From: Synechocystis sp. PCC 6803 substr. PCC-P
GTDB lineage: Bacteria > Cyanobacteriota > Cyanobacteriia > Cyanobacteriales > Microcystaceae
DNA: 32,000 nucleotides
Assembly (NCBI RefSeq): GCF_000284455.1
Contig: NC_017039.1
Location: forward strand, 1,230,001 to 1,262,000
Direction of reading: 5' to 3'
In this document: one piece after another, positions 17,356-27,515 of the stretch
Numbering within the stretch: the first letter of the stretch is position 1
Layout of the letters: every line of letters starts with the position of its first letter
Translations under genes and position numbers: made by a program
The notes under the pieces: model-generated
Seen by the model: only the letters and a program-made list of their open reading frames with translations
Databases searched by the model: none
Told to the model about the DNA's origin: nothing

Positions 17356-19248
17356 ATGCCCAACTCTGATCGCCAGGAACAGTTAGCCCAACTACGGAGC
17401 CAATATCCCGAAAAGTTTGCGTCCTACAGTGAAATTTTTAGCCATATCCACCGGGGCGATCGCCTGTTTATCAGCACGGCCTGTGGGGAACCGCAGTACT
17501 TAGTGCAGGAGTTGGTCAACTATGTGCAAGCCCATCCTAAATCCCTATTTGATGCGGAAGTGCTCCAGGTTTGGACTCTAGGTTTAGCACCCTACACCGA
17601 CAGTAAATTTGCCAAAAACTTTCGCCATAATTCCTTTTTCATTGGCCACCACACCCGTAGCGCCGTTAACGAAGGTTTAGCAGACTACACCCCCATTTTT
17701 CTTTCCCAGGTACCAGGGCTATTTGAGCAGGGATTTGTCCCTATCGATGTGGCTTTAATTCAAACTTCTTATCCCGATGACCATGGTTACGTCAACCTAG
17801 GGGTGAGTGTGGATATTGTTAAAGCGGCGGTGGAGCAGGCCTGTTTGGTAATCGCCCAAATGAATAGCCAGGTGCCCAGAATCCACGGGGATGGCTTTAT
17901 TGCCTTGGAAAAATTGGACTATATCATTGCCCACGATGAACCGCTGTTGGAATATCAAATGGAGCGGGACAATATTCTCGCCAGCCGTATTGGAAAATAT
18001 GTTGCTAGCTTGATCCAAGATGGGGACACGATTCAAGTGGGTTACGGTAGTATTCCCGATGCAGTATTGAGTTATTTAGGCAATAAGAAAAATTTGGGAG
18101 TGCATACGGAATTAATTTCCGATGGGCTGGTGCAATTGCTCAAAAGTGGGGCAGTGAATAACAGCCAAAAAACAAGAAATCGGGGCAAAGTAGTGGCAAC
18201 TTTTTGCATGGGCAGTCGGAGTACTTATGATTATTTAAACGATAATCCCGCTGTGGAATTTCGCACCGTTGATTACACCAACAATCCCATTATCATTGCC
18301 CATCACGACAATATGGTGGCCATTAATAGTGCCTTGGAAATTGATTTGACGGGGCAGTCCACCGCCGAATCCCTGGGCAGTAATTTTTACAGTGGCATTG
18401 GCGGCCAAGCGGATTTTATGCGGGGAGCAGTGATGGCCAATGGGGGACGTACTATTTTGGCTTTGGAGTCCACCGCCGAAAATGAAACCATTTCTCGCAT
18501 TGTGCCCTTTTTGCGGGAAGGGGTAGGCATTACCCTCAATCGAGGCGATATTCATTATGTAGTAACAGAGTATGGCATTGCCTATCTCCACGGTAAAAAT
18601 ATTCGGGAACGGGCCATGCAGTTAACGGCGATCGCCCATCCCAAATTCCGTCCCTGGTTAATTGAGCAGGCGAAAAAAAATCATTTAATTTACGCTGACC
18701 AAGCTTTCATTGCCGGGCAACATGGGGAATATCCGGAAAAGCTGGAAACCTATCGCACCACCCGCACCGGACTAGAATTGTTATTGAGACCAGTGAAATT
18801 TAACGATGAACCTAACCTAAAAAATTTTTTTTACTCCCTCTCCGATGAAAGTTTGGTAAGGCGTTTTATGTCAGTGCGTACTGATATGTCTCACCAGAGA
18901 TTACAACAGTTTTCTGTGATTAACTACAACGAAGAAATAATTATTCTGGCGATCATCAAACAGCAACATCAAGAAGCCATTGTGGGGGTGGGTCAGTATG
19001 CCCTCAACGAAGATAGTCACACAGCCGATGTCGCTTTTGTGGTGCGGGATGATTACCATAACCAAGGCATTGGTGCTCTGCTGTTGAATTATTTAACCCA
19101 ATTGGCCAAAAAACAAGGTTTACTGGGTTTTACCGCTGATGTTTTACTGGAAAATCGAGCCATGTTGCATCTATTTGAGAAGATGAACTTTCGCATGGAA
19201 CGACGTATGAGCGAAGGGGTTTACGAATTAAAAATGTTTTTTAGTTGA
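17356..19248 (+). CDS. Acyl-CoA transferase/hydrolase (4-hydroxybutyrate CoA-transferase-like) fused to C-terminal GNAT acetyltransferase domain
   Basis: N-terminal about 440 aa with acetyl-CoA hydrolase/transferase motifs (IQVGYGSIPDAVLSYL, YVVTEYGIAYLHGKNIRERAMQLTAIAHP); C-terminal GNAT motif A VVRDDYHNQGIGALLLNYLTQLAK and ENRAMLHLFEKMNF. Confidence 0.9.
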   Translation: MPNSDRQEQLAQLRSQYPEKFASYSEIFSHIHRGDRLFISTACGEPQYLVQELVNYVQAHPKSLFDAEVLQVWTLGLAPYTDSKFAKNFRHNSFFIGHHTRSAVNEGLADYTPIFLSQVPGLFEQGFVPIDVALIQTSYPDDHGYVNLGVSVDIVKAAVEQACLVIAQMNSQVPRIHGDGFIALEKLDYIIAHDEPLLEYQMERDNILASRIGKYVASLIQDGDTIQVGYGSIPDAVLSYLGNKKNLGVHTELISDGLVQLLKSGAVNNSQKTRNRGKVVATFCMGSRSTYDYLNDNPAVEFRTVDYTNNPIIIAHHDNMVAINSALEIDLTGQSTAESLGSNFYSGIGGQADFMRGAVMANGGRTILALESTAENETISRIVPFLREGVGITLNRGDIHYVVTEYGIAYLHGKNIRERAMQLTAIAHPKFRPWLIEQAKKNHLIYADQAFIAGQHGEYPEKLETYRTTRTGLELLLRPVKFNDEPNLKNFFYSLSDESLVRRFMSVRTDMSHQRLQQFSVINYNEEIIILAIIKQQHQEAIVGVGQYALNEDSHTADVAFVVRDDYHNQGIGALLLNYLTQLAKKQGLLGFTADVLLENRAMLHLFEKMNFRMERRMSEGVYELKMFFS

Positions 19249-19449
19249 GCCGTCTTCTTTCTGCTAATTTATTGAAGGAATTTTTGATGCTGGCGTTAGT
19301 AATTTTACCGCTTCTTAGATTTATTAAAATCTCGTCATAAAACTTTACTGACTAGCGGTTTATTTTCTGGCTAAAAGCGCTATCACTTAAGTAGGTGGAA
19401 TTGGCAGATTTGTAGTAGTTGATACTTAACTTTTTAGGGAATATCGCTG

Positions 19450-19475
19450 TGGGAAAAATCGAGATCATTTTCCCA
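19450..19475 (+). promoter_or_regulatory. Hairpin in the pta 5' region
   Basis: TGGGAAAA (19450-19457) / TTTTCCCA (19468-19475), perfect 8-bp inverted repeat with 10-nt spacer, about 40-65 nt before the pta ATG. Confidence 0.35.
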
Positions 19476-19513
19476 GAAAAATCATTGCTGGATACGTTGA
19501 GGTTATTTAAATT

Positions 19514-21607
19514 ATGACGAGTTCCCTTTATTTAAGCACCACCGAAGCCCGCAGCGGTAAATCTCTAGTAGTATTGGGCATTTTAGACTTAATTCTCAAA
19601 AAAACCACCCGTATTGCCTATTTTCGTCCCATTATTCAAGACCCAGTTAATGGCAAACATGATAACAACATTATTCTGGTGCTGGAAAATTTTCGTCTCC
19701 AACAAACCTATACCGATTCCTTTGGTTTGTATTTCCATGAAGCGGTGAGTTTAGCCTCCGATGGAGCTATTGATCAGGTATTAGACCGAATTTTGGCTAA
19801 ATATCGCCATTTGGCAGATCAAGTAGATTTTATTCTCTGTGAAGGCTCAGACTATTTGGGGGAGGAATCGGCTTTTGAATTTGATCTCAACACCACGATC
19901 GCCAAGATGTTGAACTGCCCCATTTTGCTGTTGGGCAATGCCATGGGCAACACCATTGCCGATAGTTTGCAACCCATCGATATGGCCCTGAATAGCTATG
20001 ACCAAGAGTCTTGTCAGGTGGTGGGGGTAATCATTAACCGAGTGCAGCCCGAATTAGCCACAGAAATTCAAGCCCAACTGGAACAGCGTTATGGCGATCG
20101 CCCGATGGTGTTGGGCACTATTCCCCAGGACATTATGCTCAAAAGTCTGCGCCTGAGGGAAATTGTCAGCGGGCTCAATGCCCAAGTACTCAGCGGTGCG
20201 GATTTGCTCGATAACTTGGTCTATCACCATTTAGTGGTGGCGATGCACATTGCCCACGCCCTCCATTGGTTGCACGAAAAAAATACCCTAATTATTACCC
20301 CTGGCGATCGGGGCGACATCATTCTGGGGGTGATGCAGGCCCACCGCTCCCTCAACTATCCCAGCATTGCCGGTATTTTGCTCACTGCAGATTACCATCC
20401 CGAACCGGCCATTATGAAACTAATTGAAGGGCTACCCGACGCCCCTCCCCTGTTGCTGACTAGCACCCACACCCATGAAACTTCCGCCCGTTTGGAAACT
20501 CTCCACCCTGCCCTGAGCCCTACGGATAATTATAAAATTCGCCACAGTATTGCGCTGTTTCAACAACAAATTGATGGGGAGAAATTACTCAATTACCTTA
20601 AAACCATCCGCAGTAAAGGTATTACCCCCAAACTGTTTCTCTACAATTTAGTTCAAGCCGCCACCGCCGCCCAACGACATATTGTCCTACCGGAAGGGGA
20701 AGAAATTCGTATTCTCAAGGCGGCCGCTAGCTTAATTAACCACGGCATTGTCCGTTTGACTTTACTCGGTAACATTGAGGCGATCGAGCAAACGGTAAAA
20801 ATTAATCACATTGACTTAGATTTGAGCAAAGTTCGCCTCATTAATCCTAAAACTAGCCCAGACCGAGAGCGCTACGCCGAAACCTATTACCAGCTACGTA
20901 AACATAAGGGGGTAACCCTGGCCATGGCTCGGGATATCCTCACCGATATTTCCTATTTTGGAACGATGATGGTGCATTTGGGAGAGGCCGATGGCATGGT
21001 TTCTGGCTCCGTCAATACCACCCAACATACCGTGCGTCCTGCTTTACAAATTATTAAAACCCAGCCAGGTTTTTCCTTGGTTTCTTCAGTCTTTTTTATG
21101 TGTTTAGAAGACCGAGTTTTGGTCTATGGAGATTGTGCTGTTAATCCCGATCCCAATGCAGAACAGTTAGCAGAAATTGCCCTTACTTCTGCGGCTACGG
21201 CCAAGAATTTTGGCATTGAGCCCAGGGTAGCTCTATTGTCCTATTCTTCCGGTTCTTCTGGGCAAGGGGCCGATGTGGAAAAAGTGCGGCAAGCCACGGC
21301 GATCGCCAAGGAAAGAGAGCCAGATTTAGCATTGGAAGGGCCGATCCAGTATGATGCGGCGGTGGATTCCACAGTGGCGGCCCAAAAAATGCCTGGGTCA
21401 GCGGTGGCGGGTAAAGCAACGGTGTTTATTTTTCCCGATTTAAATACCGGTAACAATACTTACAAGGCAGTGCAAAGAGAAACAAAGGCGATCGCCATTG
21501 GCCCCATTTTACAAGGATTAAATAAACCAGTTAATGATCTAAGTCGGGGTTGTTTAGTGGAGGATATTATTAATACGGTGGTAATTACAGCTTTGCAAGT
21601 TAAATAA
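19514..21607 (+). CDS. pta: Phosphate acetyltransferase (long form: BioD/DRTGG-like N-terminus plus PTA domain)
   Basis: MTSSLYLSTTEARSGKSLVVLGILD N-terminal P-loop-like domain; C-terminal HIVLPEGEEIRILKAA, ADGMVSGSVNTTQHTVRPALQII, VFIFPDLNTGNNTYKAVQR. Confidence 0.96.
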   Translation: MTSSLYLSTTEARSGKSLVVLGILDLILKKTTRIAYFRPIIQDPVNGKHDNNIILVLENFRLQQTYTDSFGLYFHEAVSLASDGAIDQVLDRILAKYRHLADQVDFILCEGSDYLGEESAFEFDLNTTIAKMLNCPILLLGNAMGNTIADSLQPIDMALNSYDQESCQVVGVIINRVQPELATEIQAQLEQRYGDRPMVLGTIPQDIMLKSLRLREIVSGLNAQVLSGADLLDNLVYHHLVVAMHIAHALHWLHEKNTLIITPGDRGDIILGVMQAHRSLNYPSIAGILLTADYHPEPAIMKLIEGLPDAPPLLLTSTHTHETSARLETLHPALSPTDNYKIRHSIALFQQQIDGEKLLNYLKTIRSKGITPKLFLYNLVQAATAAQRHIVLPEGEEIRILKAAASLINHGIVRLTLLGNIEAIEQTVKINHIDLDLSKVRLINPKTSPDRERYAETYYQLRKHKGVTLAMARDILTDISYFGTMMVHLGEADGMVSGSVNTTQHTVRPALQIIKTQPGFSLVSSVFFMCLEDRVLVYGDCAVNPDPNAEQLAEIALTSAATAKNFGIEPRVALLSYSSGSSGQGADVEKVRQATAIAKEREPDLALEGPIQYDAAVDSTVAAQKMPGSAVAGKATVFIFPDLNTGNNTYKAVQRETKAIAIGPILQGLNKPVNDLSRGCLVEDIINTVVITALQVK

Positions 21608-21664
21608 TTTTACTCTTAATTAGTTAAAATGATCCCTTGAATTACCTTGATTTTGCCCTCCAAA

Positions 21665-22279
21665 CTACCAATAGCTGGGCCGAAAATTGGCATCATTTAA
21701 AATCACCAACGTGTCCCCGGACGGAGCTAGCACAAACAGACCCTTACCATAGGCATAGCTGACCACTTCTTGGCTTAACACCATGGCTGCCACTGCACCT
21801 AAAGCTTTAACATCCCGGTAGCGGGGCATAAACTGTTTGAATTTACCCAACCGTTCCAGATGCTCATCCACATCCTTTTCCGTTAACTTACTTTTTACTT
21901 CAATTAAAATAGCTTGGGTTTCATTGACTACTAACAGGTCAATTTCTAATCCCCCATCTTCCCGTTGTACCGATACGCCAGGATGAAACTCATGGACGTC
22001 AATGCCTCTATCCTGAAACAGTCCCACCACAGCGGGTCTAACTTGCCATTCCACAAATTCCCCCAACCGATTACTGAGTTTACCCACATCCCTACTAACT
22101 CGTTTGATGTAACGCTCTGTCTCTTGGAAGCGGCGATCAGTTTCTTGAAAACGGCGATCAAGCTCTTGTCCCTGTTCCTTAAAGAGGCGCTCGGTCTCAC
22201 GCAAATTTTGCTGGGTCTGTTTTTGGGAGGCGGCAAGTTCGGCTAATATTTGCCAGACGTCATCGGCGGTGGTGGCCAT
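21665..22279 (-). CDS. Coiled-coil protein with PD-(D/E)XK nuclease-like C-terminus (DUF3782-like)
   Basis: N-terminal heptad/ETDRRFQETER repeats; C-terminal GGLEIDLLVVNETQAILIEVKSKLTEKDVDEHLERL (D...E-x-K pattern). Confidence 0.8.
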   Translation of the reverse strand: MATTADDVWQILAELAASQKQTQQNLRETERLFKEQGQELDRRFQETDRRFQETERYIKRVSRDVGKLSNRLGEFVEWQVRPAVVGLFQDRGIDVHEFHPGVSVQREDGGLEIDLLVVNETQAILIEVKSKLTEKDVDEHLERLGKFKQFMPRYRDVKALGAVAAMVLSQEVVSYAYGKGLFVLAPSGDTLVILNDANFRPSYW

Positions 22280-22340
22280 GGTAGTAGTAGCAGGGACTGA
22301 AACTAGGGAGATAGTCTATTTTAACTCTCCGAATAAATTG

Positions 22341-23054
22341 TCAAACCACTAACTCTGCCATGCCAAGGAATTTAACCCCCTCCGGATTAACCATAAATCG
22401 ACAGGGCATTACCTCCACCCCAGCGGCGATCGCCTGACGGAATAGTTCTCCATAACGGCGATCGTAGGCATCTCCGGGGGAAAAATGGGTACAATCACCC
22501 CGATTGATGAAGTAAAGCATCACTGCCCGGGCTGTAGGGAGAATATCTATTAACTCCTGGAGATGTTTTTGCCCTCTGGTGGTTTCCGTATCGGGAAATA
22601 AAGCCAATTTTTCTTGGGACAAGGTAGTATTTTTTACTTCTACATAAATTGACTTTTCTTCTGGCTTAGTGAGCAAAAAGTCAATACGACTTTTTTTATC
22701 TTTACCATAGGGAACTTCGGGCTTAAAAGTATCGTAGCTGTTCGTTAAGTTAGGAAAAATCCTATCAGCCAAAGCCTGCTTGATGACCCGATTGGGCAAG
22801 GCAGTGTTTACCCCAACCCACGTACCATCAATTTGGATCATTTCCCAGGTATAGGCTAATTTACGCTGGGGATTATCACTCTTAGACAGGTAGACCTGCG
22901 CCCCAACTTGGCACACCCCTGTCATGGGGCCAGTGTTAGGACAATGAGCTGTGACTATCTCACCATTATCTAACTCCACATCAGCTAAAAAGCGTTTGTA
23001 GCGTTTTACCAAAATGCCACTAATTAGAGGCGGATAGGGATAGAGAAAGTCCAT
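22341..23054 (-). CDS. sfsA: Sugar fermentation stimulation protein SfsA homologue
   Basis: LVKRYKRFLADVELDNGEIVTAHCPNTGPMTG...SRIDFLL...YVEVKNTTL...FPDTETTRGQKHLQEL...LYFINRGDCTHFSP. Confidence 0.96.
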   Translation of the reverse strand: MDFLYPYPPLISGILVKRYKRFLADVELDNGEIVTAHCPNTGPMTGVCQVGAQVYLSKSDNPQRKLAYTWEMIQIDGTWVGVNTALPNRVIKQALADRIFPNLTNSYDTFKPEVPYGKDKKSRIDFLLTKPEEKSIYVEVKNTTLSQEKLALFPDTETTRGQKHLQELIDILPTARAVMLYFINRGDCTHFSPGDAYDRRYGELFRQAIAAGVEVMPCRFMVNPEGVKFLGMAELVV

Positions 23055-23107
23055 TAATTTTGTTTAACTGGGCCCACCGAGGAAATCGTCTTTAAATAGT
23101 TGAGTAA

Positions 23108-23695
23108 CTAAATTGCTTCCAAAGCTTCAGCAGTGGGAGAAGCCTGGGTTACTAGATTATCATTCTGCTGGGCCAACCACTGTTGATAATCTGCCAATAG
23201 TTGTCCTTGGAGTCGTTGTTTGATGCGGGCCAAAACTCCCCGCAATAGACCATTGGCCGCCATTTCTAACAACGGCTTTGGAGTTAACCAAAGGGCCTGG
23301 GGCAAATCTACTCCCACTTGCAAATCTGCTTTGCCCTGGAGGAGGGTATGGCCATCTTGGCAATAGGGAGCCAAACGACCTTTTAATTGCAAACTAAAGC
23401 GATGGTTAATATAGTCGATGCCCCGGATTTCACAGCTTTCCGATTCTAAAAATACAGTGCCAGTGGCGTTGGCCCACACTTTCAGTACCACTGTGGGTTG
23501 AAAATGATAAATATCTAAAAAATTGAGCGGTCGCATTTTCAATCTAAACTGATCGCCTGGTAGCACTTCCATCAATTTAGGGTCGGCGATCGCCTGGACT
23601 AGGCGCTGGGGTTGGCGTAAATAGTGCTGCAAACTAGGCAGAGGTTCAGACTGCCGCAGTTGTAATTGTTCGGTGGCGGAAAAGGTAACTCGCAT
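23108..23695 (-). CDS. DUF1997-type conserved cyanobacterial/plastid protein
   Basis: QPLPSLQHYLRQPQRLVQAIADPKLMEVLPGDQFRLKMRPLNFLDIYHFQPTVVLKVWA...GLLRGVLARIKQRLQGQLLADYQQW. Confidence 0.7.
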   Translation of the reverse strand: MRVTFSATEQLQLRQSEPLPSLQHYLRQPQRLVQAIADPKLMEVLPGDQFRLKMRPLNFLDIYHFQPTVVLKVWANATGTVFLESESCEIRGIDYINHRFSLQLKGRLAPYCQDGHTLLQGKADLQVGVDLPQALWLTPKPLLEMAANGLLRGVLARIKQRLQGQLLADYQQWLAQQNDNLVTQASPTAEALEAI

Positions 23696-23854
23696 AATTT
23701 ATTGTTGTTCCTTTTATTCCAGGGGTGAGGTTTGCTGAAAAGGAGAATTGTTAAATTTATTTACATTTCTTAAAAATGCTGGTAGGGATTATACGGTTTT
23801 TAGGCCATTGATCCCGTCAAAACCAGGGGTAACGTAATGAAAGTTAGCTTTTCT

Positions 23855-24811
23855 TTAGCTAGCTAAATATTCCTGGATCATGGACTTGCGTTTGCGTAAT
23901 TTATTTAGGGCTTCCCGCTCAATCTGCCGCACCCGTTCCCGACTGATGCTGAGCATGGAGCCAATGCTCGCCAAGGTTAGGGGTTGGCCATCATTGAGGC
24001 CAAAGCGGAGAATGAGAACTTCCCGTTGTTGGGGCGTTAATTCCGCCATCAGGCTATCGAGATCCAACTGTAGGGAGGCATAGGTGGCAAAATCCTCTGG
24101 TAAAGGACCGTCGTCTTCCAACAAATCCCCTAACTCAGTATCTTGGTTGTCCCCCACCCGTAAATCCAAGGAAAGGGGATGGCGAGAGCGCTCCAAATAT
24201 TCCCGCACTTGCTTGGGAGTTAATTCTAGATGTTCCGCCAATTCCGCAATGGAAGCGGCCCGACCCTTTTCCTGGGAAAGTTGTCTTTGGGCTTTTTTAA
24301 TTTTGTTTAACTTTTCCGTAATGTGGATTGGTAAACGGATGGTGCGGCTCTTTTCGGCGATCGCCCTGGTGATGGCCTGGCGGATCCACCAATAGGCATA
24401 GGTGGAAAACCGATAACCCTTGGTGGGGTCAAACTTCTCTACCCCCCGTTGCATACCAATGGTGCCCTCTTGGATGAGGTCAAGTAGGTCTAGATTACGC
24501 TTGAGATATTTTTTGGCGACAGATACCACCAGCCGGAGGTTAGCCTCCACCATTTTGCGCTTGGCCCGTTCCCCTTCCTTGATGGCTTTTTCTAATTCTC
24601 GAATGGACAAATCGGCCGCCTTAGCCCACTCGCTGGGGGAAACCGGCTCGCCATCCTTGCCTTCGGCCAAAGACTTCTTGATTTCGTTGAGGCTAACAAC
24701 CTGTTGGATTTGCTTAGCATAAACAATCTCTTCCTCATGGGTGAGCAGGGGCACACGACCAATTTCTCTGAGATAGGCACGGACGGAATCGGGGCTGGTT
24801 CTGGCAGTCAT
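23855..24811 (-). CDS. sigD: Group 2 (RpoD-like) sigma factor
   Basis: [26 protein letters not shown]-like [69 protein letters not shown]. The sigD paralogue name is assigned from remembered gene context. Confidence 0.85.
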   Translation of the reverse strand: MTARTSPDSVRAYLREIGRVPLLTHEEEIVYAKQIQQVVSLNEIKKSLAEGKDGEPVSPSEWAKAADLSIRELEKAIKEGERAKRKMVEANLRLVVSVAKKYLKRNLDLLDLIQEGTIGMQRGVEKFDPTKGYRFSTYAYWWIRQAITRAIAEKSRTIRLPIHITEKLNKIKKAQRQLSQEKGRAASIAELAEHLELTPKQVREYLERSRHPLSLDLRVGDNQDTELGDLLEDDGPLPEDFATYASLQLDLDSLMAELTPQQREVLILRFGLNDGQPLTLASIGSMLSISRERVRQIEREALNKLRKRKSMIQEYLAS

Positions 24812-25196
24812 CTTGGATTAGGGATTTCAGTGGAAGAATCACAGTGGTAGACCAATAAACCCAGGGAACGCCATGTTAGTAATATTCGAGACGGACTGGG
24901 CTAGGTAAATGACGGATAATGCCTGTCCGATGGGGGCGTTTGGGACAACTGGAAACGGACGATTGATGGGGAATGACTGGGATCAATCCACTAATAATAC
25001 TAAACAATTCTTTAAGTTTTGTAAAGTTTTTTGTGAAGCACATACTCCTCCAGAGGCTATCGTCTGGGTTAAGAAGGCAATAAAAAACGCAAAAATCCCC
25101 CATAAAGCTTGATTTCTCTAGGGTTAGGAGTTTTTAAGTTTGATTATGAGAAAACTTTACAATTCCTGAAAATAGCTCCCCAGCACTGACCGGAGA

Positions 25197-25823
25197 CTAG
25201 CGCACGCCCAAATATTTATGAGTTTGCAGGCTCAAGCGCCATTGGGAATGGGTGAGGATATAGGCAAAGATTTTTTCATTCATTGCTTCCGTTTCCCATT
25301 CAGCTTGTAAATAGAGCGGAGTACCGGGGCTAATTTTCCTAGCTTCCATTTCCGCCCAGTCAAAATCCTCATCCTGACTGATAATCACTTTCAATTCGTT
25401 GGCCAGGGGATAAATTGCTGCCTGGGGAAGCTTATAGGGTTTGGGGGACAGGGTAATCCAGTCAAATTGACCTGTCAGTGGGTAAGCGCCGGACGTTTCC
25501 AAATGCAGACGTAAACCCTGGTTTTTCAGGGTTTTACAGAGGGGTTGTAGGTCGTGCATGAGGGGTTCTCCCCCCGTAATCACCACAAAGCTCGGTTTAG
25601 CCGTAACTGCCTGTTGCACAAGTTCTGTCACTGTTTGTCGGGGATGGTGTTGGGTAGGCCAGGTTTCCTTTTGGTCACACCAAGGGCAATGAACATCACA
25701 ACCCCCAAGGCGAATAAAAAAGGCATTGCCGCCAGCCCAAGCTCCCTCCCCCTGTAGGGAATGGAAAGTTTCCGCAATGGGATAGGACACAGTTAACAAT
25801 TCAGAAATGGGGCCCATACTCAT
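25197..25823 (-). CDS. queE: 7-carboxy-7-deazaguanine synthase (radical SAM)
   Basis: ETFHSLQGEGAWAGGNAFFIRLGGCDVHCPWCDQKETWP (CX3CX2C), FVVITGGEPLMHDLQPL, HLETSG, KPYKLP. Confidence 0.92.
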   Translation of the reverse strand: MSMGPISELLTVSYPIAETFHSLQGEGAWAGGNAFFIRLGGCDVHCPWCDQKETWPTQHHPRQTVTELVQQAVTAKPSFVVITGGEPLMHDLQPLCKTLKNQGLRLHLETSGAYPLTGQFDWITLSPKPYKLPQAAIYPLANELKVIISQDEDFDWAEMEARKISPGTPLYLQAEWETEAMNEKIFAYILTHSQWRLSLQTHKYLGVR

Positions 25824-25976
25824 ACTTCACTCAAACACTAGCTGTTCACCAAACTTCCCCAAATTCCCCATGGTCGGGAATATCGCCATAACATTAGTTC
25901 GGCCGTTCCTCTAGGTAGGGTAAAGAGATTTAAAAACAAGGCCGGGTAAGCTCATCATTAACCAAATACAACTAAG

Positions 25977-27335
25977 CTAAACCAATCCTAAACAACAGGC
26001 ACGGAAATCTTCTCCCCGTTCCTCAAAGCTATTATATTGGTCGAAACTGGCACAGGCCGGGGAAAGCAAGACTGCACTGGCATTGTTTTTACTTGCTAAC
26101 TCTAATCCTCGCTGAACGGCATTGGCCATGGTTTCCACTATTTCGTAATTCTCATAACCCACTGCCTTTAACCTGGTTGCAAAGTTGGGGGCTGCATCAC
26201 CAATCAGTAAAACCGCCACCGCTTTTTGCCTAATTTGGGCTAACCAAGCTTGATCATCCCCTTCTTTCGCTTCTCCCCCTGCGATCAGAATGGTGGGGCC
26301 TTTCATGGAAGATAGCCCTACTTCCGCCGCATCATAGTTGGTGGCCTTACTATCATTGATAAATTGCACTCCATTGATGGTGCAAATGGGTTCCAAACGA
26401 TGGGGTACCCCGGTGAAAGTTAACAAGGTCTCTGTGATCGCTTTTTTGTCTATGCCCGCTAAACGGGCGGCGGCGATCGCCATTAGTAAATTTTGTTGGT
26501 TATGTTGCCCAGGCATTTTGAACAGGTTAATGGGGGCAATTAATTCCCCAAAGGCATTAACCCAATTATCCTGGAGGTAAACCCCCTGTTTGGGATCACA
26601 AAGACCAGCCAGATGATTAGCTCCCTGGGTACTAGTCCAATGGGCTTGGGGGTAAAGGTTGGGGCCGTGGCTGTGGAGATGGGGATCATCGCCGTTGAGC
26701 ACCTGGATGGCGGAGCGGGAAAGCAAACTAGCTTTAATGTTGAAATAATTCTCTAGGGTTTTGTGACGACTGAGGTGATCCGGCGTAAAGGTTGTCCAGA
26801 GACCAATTTGGGGTGCAAGGGTGGGGGAAGACTCAATTTGATAACTGCTAATTTCCGCCACAATCCAATCGTAGTTTTGGTTTTGCAAGACCAGTTCACA
26901 GGCCGCATAGCCAATGTTGCCGCAGGCCGGAGCATTCAGCCCAGCTTTTTGAAAAATTGCTTGTACTAAAGAGGTGGTGGTGGTTTTTCCGTTGGTGCCC
27001 GTAATGCCCACCCAAGGCACCGCATGGAGGTACTGCCAAGCTAATTCCAATTCCCCTGTCACTTCCACTCCCTTTTCCCGGGCCGCCACCAACAGAGGAA
27101 TATCCCAGGGCACTCCTGGGCTCACTACAATGCGTTCGGGCCAAGCTTCCTTAACTGGGTCCAGGCGATCGCCTAGTTTGAGGCTGATTCCTTCCTGGAC
27201 CAAGGGTTGTCCCATATGCCGGAGTTGGTCGTTATCCGCCTGATCAAATACCGTCACCTGCCAGCCATCCCGATGCAACACTCGAGCGGCGGCAATACCG
27301 GAACGTCCTAACCCAATTACACAAGCCTGGGGCAT
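25977..27335 (-). CDS. murD: UDP-N-acetylmuramoylalanine--D-glutamate ligase
   Basis: VIGLGRSGIAAARVL, WVGITGTNGKTTTTSLV, AEISSYQIESSPTLAPQIGLWTTFTPDHLSRHKTLENYFNIKASLL, FINDSKATN, LLSPACASFDQYNSFEERG. Confidence 0.98.
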   Translation of the reverse strand: MPQACVIGLGRSGIAAARVLHRDGWQVTVFDQADNDQLRHMGQPLVQEGISLKLGDRLDPVKEAWPERIVVSPGVPWDIPLLVAAREKGVEVTGELELAWQYLHAVPWVGITGTNGKTTTTSLVQAIFQKAGLNAPACGNIGYAACELVLQNQNYDWIVAEISSYQIESSPTLAPQIGLWTTFTPDHLSRHKTLENYFNIKASLLSRSAIQVLNGDDPHLHSHGPNLYPQAHWTSTQGANHLAGLCDPKQGVYLQDNWVNAFGELIAPINLFKMPGQHNQQNLLMAIAAARLAGIDKKAITETLLTFTGVPHRLEPICTINGVQFINDSKATNYDAAEVGLSSMKGPTILIAGGEAKEGDDQAWLAQIRQKAVAVLLIGDAAPNFATRLKAVGYENYEIVETMANAVQRGLELASKNNASAVLLSPACASFDQYNSFEERGEDFRACCLGLV

Positions 27336-27515
27336 ATGGTTTGACTTTACTGTTAAAAACTATTGAAAGTTGGGGGCAAAAAGGGAACGCCCCTGGCATC
27401 GATGTCGCACCATTTTAGCTTTGAGGGGGATCACCGCCAACTAACCAAAACCCCCCCAGGGATAAAGCCGGGATATTTCGGCTCAATTTAAGATTTTTTG
27501 CCGCTTGATTGGGCA

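Noticed and set aside
17797-18591. Antisense ORFs inside the CoA-transferase gene
   Set aside because: Long antisense frames over a well-supported CDS; no independent evidence.
24876-25112. Overlapping ORFs upstream of the sigma factor (24876-25103 minus, 24909-25112 plus)
   Set aside because: Mutually overlapping, AT-rich, no motif; more likely sigma factor 5' UTR/promoter sequence. Could be re-examined with transcript maps.
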